Below, piece after piece: positions 20,694 to 25,411 of a stretch of DNA of 64,000 bases. Within the stretch, counting starts at the first letter, position 1. Each line of letters begins with the position of its first letter. Under the pieces are notes generated by a model. It was given only the letters and a program-made list of their open reading frames with translations, was not told where the DNA came from and did no database searches. The translations under genes and the position numbers were made by a program. The stretch is from a virus (taxonomy: Duplodnaviria > Caudoviricetes), in the IMG/VR virus record IMGVR_UViG_2974795854_000001, positions 8,980 to 72,979 of that record; one strand, written 5' to 3'.

Positions 20694-20924
20694 TTACTTA
20701 GTGGCACTCTCTACAGAAACTACTTGTGAGTAGTATCTAGTTACTTTTATTTCTTTTCCTTGTCTATCAGGATATCCTATGGTGGCCATCTTATTACCTA
20801 GTTTTAATATAGTACCTTCTTTAAGGAGGCTGTACCTCGGTACAACAAATACTACTCTATCTCCAACCTCTAATTCTACACTTATAAAATCTTTCATAAT
20901 ACAAATTGTTTTCGTTTTGCTCAT
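20694..20924 (-). CDS. hypothetical protein (SH3/KOW-like)
   Basis: 76 aa with a TATCTTTG element at 20927-20934, almost abutting the ATG. Confidence 0.6.
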   Translation of the reverse strand: MSKTKTICIMKDFISVELEVGDRVVFVVPRYSLLKEGTILKLGNKMATIGYPDRQGKEIKVTRYYSQVVSVESATK

Positions 20925-21675
20925 TACAAAGATAGTACATAAAGTCTGTTAAACCTAATTTATTTTCAATTATTTTTAATTTATTTTATAAGTCATTGAT
21001 TATTAACGTTTTACATAATTAAGTTATTTGGAGGGGTAAAAAAGTATAAAATATTTATTTGTATATTTGCATACACGCTTTATTTTTATTATATTTACAA
21101 CATATTACATACGAAGAGTTTCTAAGGGTTTGACTTACTCAAACTAAGTACCGAAGATAAAGAACCTAGCGAATAGGGAAGTAGTTAGTCGGGCTACATA
21201 TCGTTCTGGCCAAGGATAGGCGTGCTAAGATAGTTATTCGAGCGAAGGAACACTGAGGAGTGTTTGGAGTAAGAGAGGCAATTCCTCCGCCATTTATGGC
21301 TCCCATTATAACAGGAGGTTTATACTAAAGAGCGAAAGCTTTTAAACCAAATTAAGTTATATGTTTTCGTCTAAATTGTATCACTCTAACGGGTTTTACT
21401 CTTTAGCGAAGCTATATCCAGAGAGGATTACCTAAAGTATATTATAAGAGAATAAATATAGATATAATAGAATATAGATAACCTAGCCCCGAGATAAGAT
21501 ATGAGATATAAAGACTATAAAATAGAAAGTAAGAAGAAGAGTAAGTTGGATTCTAAAAAAGAAGATTCGACTGCTCGAGTTTATAAACGAAAAAATAGCA
21601 AGGTGAAGGATGCCCTATCTTTTAAAATTAGGGGCAAATCCAAATTAGCCTAGCACCAACCACCAGTTGAAAACA

Positions 21676-21708
21676 AGAAAGCCACCTTTAATTAGATGGC
21701 TTTTTTCA
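21676..21708. terminator. bidirectional intrinsic terminator at the end of tRNA operon C
   Basis: aagaaagcca-cctttaattaga-tggctttttt: hairpin with A-tract and U-tract on opposite sides. Confidence 0.8.
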
Positions 21709-21714
21709 TTTAAG

Positions 21715-21786
21715 AACTTCTAGAGGGATTCGAACCCCCAATCTACCCGTTCGTAGCGGAGCGCTTTTCCGTTAAGCTATAGAAGT
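21715..21786 (-). tRNA. trnR: tRNA-Arg(ACG), operon C
   Basis: Acceptor ACTTCTA/TAGAAGT, anticodon loop CT-ACG-AA, TTCGAAT T-loop. Confidence 0.92.
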
Positions 21787-21793
21787 GTGAAAG

Positions 21794-21876
21794 TGCATCC
21801 AGAGGGATTCGAACCCCCAATCCTTTCGGCGACAGGTTTTAAGCCTGTAGTGTATAGCCATTTCCACCATGAATGC
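21794..21876 (-). tRNA. trnL: tRNA-Leu(TAA), operon C
   Basis: ACAGG-CT-TAA-AA-CCTGT, long variable arm, A73. Confidence 0.92.
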
Positions 21877-21885
21877 ATTAGTAAG

Positions 21886-21968
21886 TACCGGAAGAGGGAT
21901 TCGAACCCTCAAAAGTCTAGGTTTCTAAAACCCAATGATCTACCATTCTCTTTTTTACTCACTCCGGT
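21886..21968 (-). tRNA. trnL: tRNA-Leu(TAG), atypical, operon C
   Basis: TGGGT-TT-TAG-AA-ACCTA, good acceptor stem and T-arm, expanded D region and only a 7-nt variable region. Confidence 0.8.
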
Positions 21969-22003
21969 ATAAAAGGGGCGTGACATTATGACACCCCCTG
22001 TGT

Positions 22004-22080
22004 TGGACAACCGTATGGGAATCGAACCCATGTAATCAGGTTCACAGCTTGACCGCCTTTCCAATTTGGCGCAACGGAGG
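22004..22080 (-). tRNA. trnH: tRNA-His(GTG) with mismatched acceptor stem and encoded CCA, operon C
   Basis: Loop CT-GTG-AA, D stem CGCC/GGCG, T-arm ATGGG/CCCAT, acceptor mismatches C2.U71 and U3.U70. Confidence 0.8.
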
Positions 22081-22091
22081 ACTCTTATAAG

Positions 22092-22163
22092 ATGGAGTAC
22101 AGGGGCTCGAACCCCGACGAACTGGCTCAAAACCAATCATGCTAACCATTACATCATACTCCA
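22092..22163 (-). tRNA. trnQ: tRNA-Gln(TTG), operon C
   Basis: TGGAGTA/TACTCCA acceptor, ATTGG-TT-TTG-AG-CCAGT. Confidence 0.92.
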
Positions 22164-22209
22164 ATGTCTAGTTTCTACTTTTTTGGGAGATACTAGTAAA
22201 CAACCTTCG

Positions 22210-22284
22210 TACTATCGACGAGACTCGAACTCGCATTGCGCACCTTGAAAGGGTGGGTTCCTACTCCATTTAGAAGACGATAGC
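22210..22284 (-). tRNA. trnE: tRNA-Glu(TTC), operon C
   Basis: GCTATCG/CGATAGT acceptor, loop CT-TTC-AA. Confidence 0.92.
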
Positions 22285-22293
22285 AAATCAAAG

Positions 22294-22365
22294 TCGAGTA
22301 GGCAGGGATCGAACCTGCATTCTCCGACGTCCAAGGTCGGCACGTGCCAATTTTGTCACTACTCG
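22294..22365 (-). tRNA. trnP: tRNA-Pro(TGG), first gene of operon C
   Basis: C1-G72, A73, CCGAC-CT-TGG-AC-GTCGG. Confidence 0.92.
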
Positions 22366-22367
22366 AA

Positions 22368-22406
22368 ATAAAAAAAGCCCCAATGGTTTGTACCAAAGGG
22401 GCTCTT
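22368..22406 (-). terminator. attenuator terminator of tRNA operon C
   Basis: AGCCCC-tt-TGGT-acaa-ACCA-tt-GGGGCT followed by a U-tract ending a few nt before tRNA-Pro. Confidence 0.85.
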
Positions 22407-22429
22407 AATAGGATATTGTGCGTTGAAAA

Positions 22430-22519
22430 CTATGATAGTTCATCAATCCCATGATAAGACACCCTCGATGGTAATCGAAGTTGTTCTAAGGGCTCTTGAT
22501 GTAATAGTCTTGCGTTCAT
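22430..22519 (-). CDS. leader peptide of tRNA operon C (MNARLLHQEPLEQLRLPSRVSYHGIDELS)
   Basis: Manual translation. Codons 5-17 are only Leu/His/Gln/Glu/Pro/Arg, the amino acids of the downstream tRNAs. Confidence 0.85.
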   Translation of the reverse strand: MNARLLHQEPLEQLRLPSRVSYHGIDELS

Positions 22520-22520
22520 A

Positions 22521-22559
22521 TTGTAAATATACAACTTTTTTTTGATATAAAAAAACTTA
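22521..22559 (-). promoter_or_regulatory. promoter repeat copy C (TATATTTA -7 element)
   Basis: Near-identical to 23761-23800 and 25359-25394, and matches the Bacteroidota TAnnTTTG-type -7 box. Confidence 0.8.
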
Positions 22560-22571
22560 TACTATTTTATT

Positions 22572-22865
22572 TTATGTTCTTGTTGGATTCTTCTTAACTC
22601 TCTTCTTTGCAGCAGCTAATTTCTTAGTATATGCACTCATACCTCCGGCCTTCTCTACGTCCTTCTTAAAGGCTGCAGATCTATTGGCGTCGTTACGACC
22701 TCTAGTTCCTCTAGCTTCTTCTTCTTTCTTAAGCTTGCCACTTGTCTTAACAGTGTACTTTTTAGCTTTAGTGTTTGCAACACCACTCTTATCAGATTTG
22801 ATCGTTACGTTTTTCTTAGGTGCAGTTTTCTTAGTTGGCACCGTCTTTCTTGTAGTTCTTCTCAT
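22572..22865 (-). CDS. small highly basic protein between tRNA operons B and C
   Basis: MRRTTRKTVPTKKTAPKK..., Lys/Arg-rich. ATG at 22865 is preferred over the track start at 22913, which overlaps promoter-like elements. Confidence 0.7.
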   Translation of the reverse strand: MRRTTRKTVPTKKTAPKKNVTIKSDKSGVANTKAKKYTVKTSGKLKKEEEARGTRGRNDANRSAAFKKDVEKAGGMSAYTKKLAAAKKRVKKNPTRT

Positions 22866-22916
22866 TGTTGTTTGTTTAACGTTAAGTAGTAAAGATACGA
22901 AAAATACAAACATAAG

Positions 22917-22988
22917 AATCGGAGACCGGAATTGAACCGGTATAGCACAGTTTTGCAGACAGGCCCCTTCTCCGTCAGGTTCTCCGAT
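22917..22988 (-). tRNA. trnC: tRNA-Cys(GCA), last gene of operon B
   Basis: ATCGGAG/CTCCGAT acceptor, U73, loop CT-GCA-AA. Confidence 0.85.
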
Positions 22989-22993
22989 ATAAG

Positions 22994-23066
22994 TGCGATA
23001 GGTAGGTTTCGATCCTACTCCTCTGGGGTTTCAAGCCAGTGCTTCTACCAAGTTAGCTTCTACCGC
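22994..23066 (-). tRNA. trnF: tRNA-Phe(GAA), operon B
   Basis: GCGGTAG/CTATCGC acceptor, loop TT-GAA-AC. Confidence 0.87.
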
Positions 23067-23146
23067 ATTAAAAAACAACAGCCAAGACCTTCTCTCGGAT
23101 TTTATGGCGGCTCCTTTACATTATAGGATGCTCTGTTGTTTTATCG

Positions 23147-23215
23147 CGCGCACCCAAAGAATCGAACTCTGTCCTACGGGGTTGGAATCCGTTTGGCCAC
23201 CATGGCCTGATGCGC
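23147..23215 (-). tRNA. trnW: tRNA-Trp(CCA) with short D-arm, operon B
   Basis: GCGCATC/GGTGCGC acceptor, G73, loop TT-CCA-AC. Confidence 0.87.
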
Positions 23216-23222
23216 ATTAAAG

Positions 23223-23294
23223 AGGCTAGGGAGAATTACGATATCTCGACCTGACGCTTAACAGGCGCCTGCTCTTCCTCTGAGCTACCTAGCC
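23223..23294 (-). tRNA. trnN: tRNA-Asn(GTT), operon B
   Basis: GGCTAGG/CCTAGCC acceptor, GGCGC-CT-GTT-AA-GCGTC, variant T-loop ATCGTAA. Confidence 0.9.
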
Positions 23295-23303
23295 GTGTGT
23301 TTG

Positions 23304-23388
23304 TAGAGAAGAAGGGATTCGAACCCTCGGAGGCGTTAACCCCACTACTTTAGCAAAGTAGCACCTTAAGCCACTCAGACACCTCTCT
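23304..23388 (-). tRNA. trnS: tRNA-Ser(GCT), operon B
   Basis: CTACT-TT-GCT-AA-AGTAG, long variable arm. Confidence 0.92.
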
Positions 23389-23393
23389 AAATG

Positions 23394-23483
23394 TGGAAGA
23401 AGTGGGGCTCGAACCCACACGGGCTTTTAAACCCCAACTGTTTTCAAGACAGCGACCCGTAGACCTACTTGGCTTACCCTTCC
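23394..23483 (-). tRNA. trnS: tRNA-Ser(TGA), operon B
   Basis: GCTGT-CT-TGA-AA-ACAGT, long variable arm. Confidence 0.92.
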
Positions 23484-23490
23484 ATTATTG

Positions 23491-23572
23491 TTGCACCGTG
23501 CGGAATCGAACCACTCCCCTCTCAAGAACTGTTTTACAGACAGCCTGCTAGAACCACTAGCTTTACGTTGCA
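23491..23572 (-). tRNA. trnY: tRNA-Tyr(GTA), first gene of operon B
   Basis: GCTGT-CT-GTA-AA-ACAGT, long variable arm, A73. Confidence 0.88.
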
Positions 23573-23577
23573 AGTTA

Positions 23578-23620
23578 TAAAAAACAAAAAACCCTCTTAG
23601 CTACGAAAGACCAAGAGGGT
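23578..23620 (-). terminator. attenuator terminator of tRNA operon B
   Basis: ACCCTCTT...AAGAGGGT 8-bp stem (extendable) followed by TTTTTGTTTTT, just before tRNA-Tyr. Confidence 0.85.
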
Positions 23621-23669
23621 AAAAATCAAAATTAATAATCAAAAATTAATAAAAGAAATGAATATATTT

Positions 23670-23759
23670 TTAAGACAAGTACAACCTCTCGACATTATAG
23701 CTACTAAAGCTACAATTCGAATACCAAGAGAAATTATTGTATGTCATGTTTGTTTTCAT
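23670..23759 (-). CDS. leader peptide of tRNA operon B (MKTNMTYNNFSWYSNCSFSSYNVERLYLS)
   Basis: Manual translation. Codons 7-22 are 16 consecutive Tyr/Asn/Phe/Ser/Trp/Cys codons, exactly the operon's tRNA set. Confidence 0.88.
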   Translation of the reverse strand: MKTNMTYNNFSWYSNCSFSSYNVERLYLS

Positions 23760-23760
23760 A

Positions 23761-23800
23761 TTGTAAATATACAACTTTTTTTTGATATAAAAAAACTTAC
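23761..23800 (-). promoter_or_regulatory. promoter repeat copy B (TATATTTA -7 element)
   Basis: 39-nt identity with copy C (ttgtaaatatacaactttttttgatataaaaaaactta-type block on the plus strand). Confidence 0.8.
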
Positions 23801-23821
23801 ATCATTTTATTTTAAAAATAG

Positions 23822-23891
23822 TTGGAATAGAGGGAATCGAACCCATCTCCACACGCATATAAGACGTGCTAACCTACCTAGGCTTACTCCA
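23822..23891 (-). tRNA. trnI: tRNA-Ile(TAT), rare UAU anticodon, reduced D-arm, last gene of operon A
   Basis: TGGAGTA/TATTCCA acceptor (nearly the same as tRNA-Ile GAT), A73, CACGT-CT-TAT-AT-GCGTG, T-stem with two mismatches. Confidence 0.8.
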
Positions 23892-24013
23892 ATAAAGATC
23901 TTGTGGTCACTATATCCACATCACACGCTGTTTTAAGGTTTATCTCTGTTACCAAAGAATGCAGGCATACGTGTTACCTAAAAGCCTATAAGTGTTTTTC
24001 ACTAAGATCCAAG

Positions 24014-24084
24014 AACCTCTACAGGGATTCGAACCCCGATCATAGCGGTAGAAGCGCCGTATTTTTCCATTAAACTATAGAGGC
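24014..24084 (-). tRNA. trnR: tRNA-Arg(TCT), operon A
   Basis: GCCTCTA/TAGAGGT acceptor, loop CT-TCT-AC. Confidence 0.9.
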
Positions 24085-24145
24085 AAAAAAGACCTACCCT
24101 TGGACACTTTGAGACGTTCTCCTAGAAGTGTGGTAGGTACTGTTG

Positions 24146-24219
24146 TACCAAATGACAGATTCGAACTATCGACCTTCTCCTTGTAAAAGAGCTGCTCTAA
24201 ACCACTGAGCTAATCTGGT
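24146..24219 (-). tRNA. trnV: tRNA-Val(TAC), operon A
   Basis: ACCAGAT/ATTTGGT acceptor, loop TT-TAC-AA. Confidence 0.9.
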
Positions 24220-24429
24220 ATATGGTAGGCATGTTACTACACCTACTTTTTTGTTTTTAACGTGGAGAAGCTTATTTCCATAACTCAAAACTCCATTACA
24301 ATACTTTTAACCTAATAAATAAAAAGGGGCTCTTGTTCACGATATCTAGTATTCGCTAAGCCCCCTTTTCAAAAAAACACTTAATCTAATGCGCTTCAAA
24401 ACTTCTCGAGAGGCGGATTAAGTCTGTTG

Positions 24430-24503
24430 AGCACTAATCAGGGATCGAACCCGAATTATCTTCGTTACAAATGAAGTACCATTTCCTATTCAGTCATTAG
24501 TGC
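24430..24503 (-). tRNA. trnT: tRNA-Thr(TGT), operon A
   Basis: GCACTAA/TTAGTGC acceptor, loop TT-TGT-AA. Confidence 0.88.
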
Positions 24504-24513
24504 ATAATTAAAG

Positions 24514-24590
24514 CGGTCTAAGAGGGATTCGAACCCTCGTTTTAGAGCAGTGACAGTGCAATTCGTGTTACCAAACACGCTTATTAGACC
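24514..24590 (-). tRNA. trnD: tRNA-Asp(GTC), operon A
   Basis: GGTCTAA/TTAGACC acceptor, G73, loop CT-GTC-AC, weak anticodon stem. Confidence 0.85.
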
Positions 24591-24665
24591 AGTTGGCAGA
24601 TGTCGATTAACTGCCGAGTGTCGTACGAACACCCTTTATCCCGAAGAGTGTAGAAACGACTTTTG

Positions 24666-24734
24666 TGGCGGGTATGGGAGTCGAACCCATCTATAAGGAC
24701 TTATGAGGCCCTCCGGTCACCACGACCACCCACA
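24666..24734 (-). tRNA. trnM: tRNA-Met(CAT) with short D-arm and unpaired 1:72, operon A
   Basis: AGGGC-CT-CAT-AA-GTCCT, U1.C72 mismatch, 69 nt. Met versus lysidine-Ile identity cannot be fixed by eye. Confidence 0.78.
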
Positions 24735-24744
24735 ATTTTAAAAG

Positions 24745-24817
24745 AGCGTAAGACGAGGTTCGAACTCGCTATCTCCTACTTGGAAGGCAGGCGCCATTCC
24801 ACTATGGCCTCTTACGC
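24745..24817 (-). tRNA. trnG: tRNA-Gly(TCC), operon A
   Basis: GCGTAAG/CTTACGC acceptor, U73, loop CT-TCC-AA. Confidence 0.92.
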
Positions 24818-24905
24818 AAATTCCTCTTTTTATAGAGTTGAGGTAAAAACATTCTCTTAGTCCAACTTTTTTCCTTTTTCTTTCTTTCGGTAGTCTTCCG
24901 CCTCG

Positions 24906-24978
24906 TTGGAATAGAAGGTTTCGAACCTACGACCTCTCCCGTATCAGGGGAGTGCTCTAACCGCTGAGCTATACTCCA
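24906..24978 (-). tRNA. trnI: tRNA-Ile(GAT), operon A
   Basis: Canonical cloverleaf, CTCCC-CT-GAT-AC-GGGAG. Confidence 0.94.
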
Positions 24979-25027
24979 ATATTACCTTATTCGCTTATAA
25001 TCCATTATATAAGCTAATTTACTTATG

Positions 25028-25100
25028 TGCCCCTGCTAGGAATCGAACCTAGCCCCACTGTTTAAAAGACAGTTGCCTACAACCTGTTTGCTACAAGGGC
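25028..25100 (-). tRNA. trnK: tRNA-Lys(TTT), operon A
   Basis: ACTGT-CT-TTT-AA-ACAGT, GCCCTTG/CAGGGGC acceptor. Confidence 0.92.
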
Positions 25101-25128
25101 AATTTGGTGTCAGTAAGGGATCTTATTG

Positions 25129-25203
25129 TGGAACTCATGGGTATCGAACCCATCTCACTCTGATTGCAAATCAAAGTCGCCTTGCCTTGGTTCATGCAGC
25201 CCC
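25129..25203 (-). tRNA. trnA: tRNA-Ala(TGC), first gene of operon A
   Basis: G3:U70 and A73 Ala identity elements, loop TT-TGC-AA. Confidence 0.87.
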
Positions 25204-25233
25204 AATAAAAAACCCTCCTTTTTAGGGGAGGGC
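25204..25233 (-). terminator. attenuator terminator of tRNA operon A
   Basis: GCCCTCC-cctaaaaa-GGAGGGT followed by a U-tract, abutting tRNA-Ala. Confidence 0.82.
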
Positions 25234-25261
25234 TGTAATAAATATCTTATATCTAAAGAAA

Positions 25262-25339
25262 TTATAGTACACGGCTCCTCCCCAAGAGTTTCACTCCCTT
25301 GGTTCTAATATCTGTCGCTATGTTCATAATTGTTTTCAT
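25262..25339 (-). CDS. leader peptide of tRNA operon A (MKTIMNIATDIRTKGVKLLGRSRVL)
   Basis: Manual translation. 16 of the first 17 codons are Met/Lys/Thr/Ile/Ala/Asp/Arg(AGA)/Gly/Val, the operon's tRNA set. Confidence 0.85.
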   Translation of the reverse strand: MKTIMNIATDIRTKGVKLLGRSRVL

Positions 25340-25358
25340 CGATCTTATTGCTTTGATA

Positions 25359-25394
25359 CAAATATACAACTTTTTTTGATATAAAAAAACTTAC
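25359..25394 (-). promoter_or_regulatory. promoter repeat copy A (TATATTTG -7 element)
   Basis: Same block as copies B and C, with a perfect Bacteroidota TAnnTTTG at 25359-25366. Confidence 0.82.
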
Positions 25395-25411
25395 TTGTAA
25401 ATAATTCTGTT

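Noticed and set aside
21062-21708. RNase P RNA or 6S RNA
   Set aside because: I could not find the conserved RNase P segments (GAGGAAAGTCC, AGAACCCGGCTTA-like) or a long 6S-type duplex. Kept only as an unassigned candidate.
21794-23483. Possible suppressor tRNAs or recoded stop codons (anticodons written TAA, TAG, TGA)
   Set aside because: These anticodons read UUA, CUA and UCA. No CTA, TTA or TCA anticodon was found, and genes translate intact in the standard bacterial code.
21787-25308. Track ORFs overlapping the tRNA array (21787..21972, 21909..22136, 22066..22248, 22193..22396, 22932..23126, 23658..23936, 24663..24860, 25126..25308)
   Set aside because: They are chance frames across tRNA genes, terminators and leader ORFs. 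The true leader ORFs are below the track's 60-aa cutoff.
22521-25394. CRISPR array suggested by three ~36-39-bp repeats
   Set aside because: The copies are 1.2-1.6 kb apart, contain promoter boxes and precede ORFs. There are no regular spacers and no cas operon.
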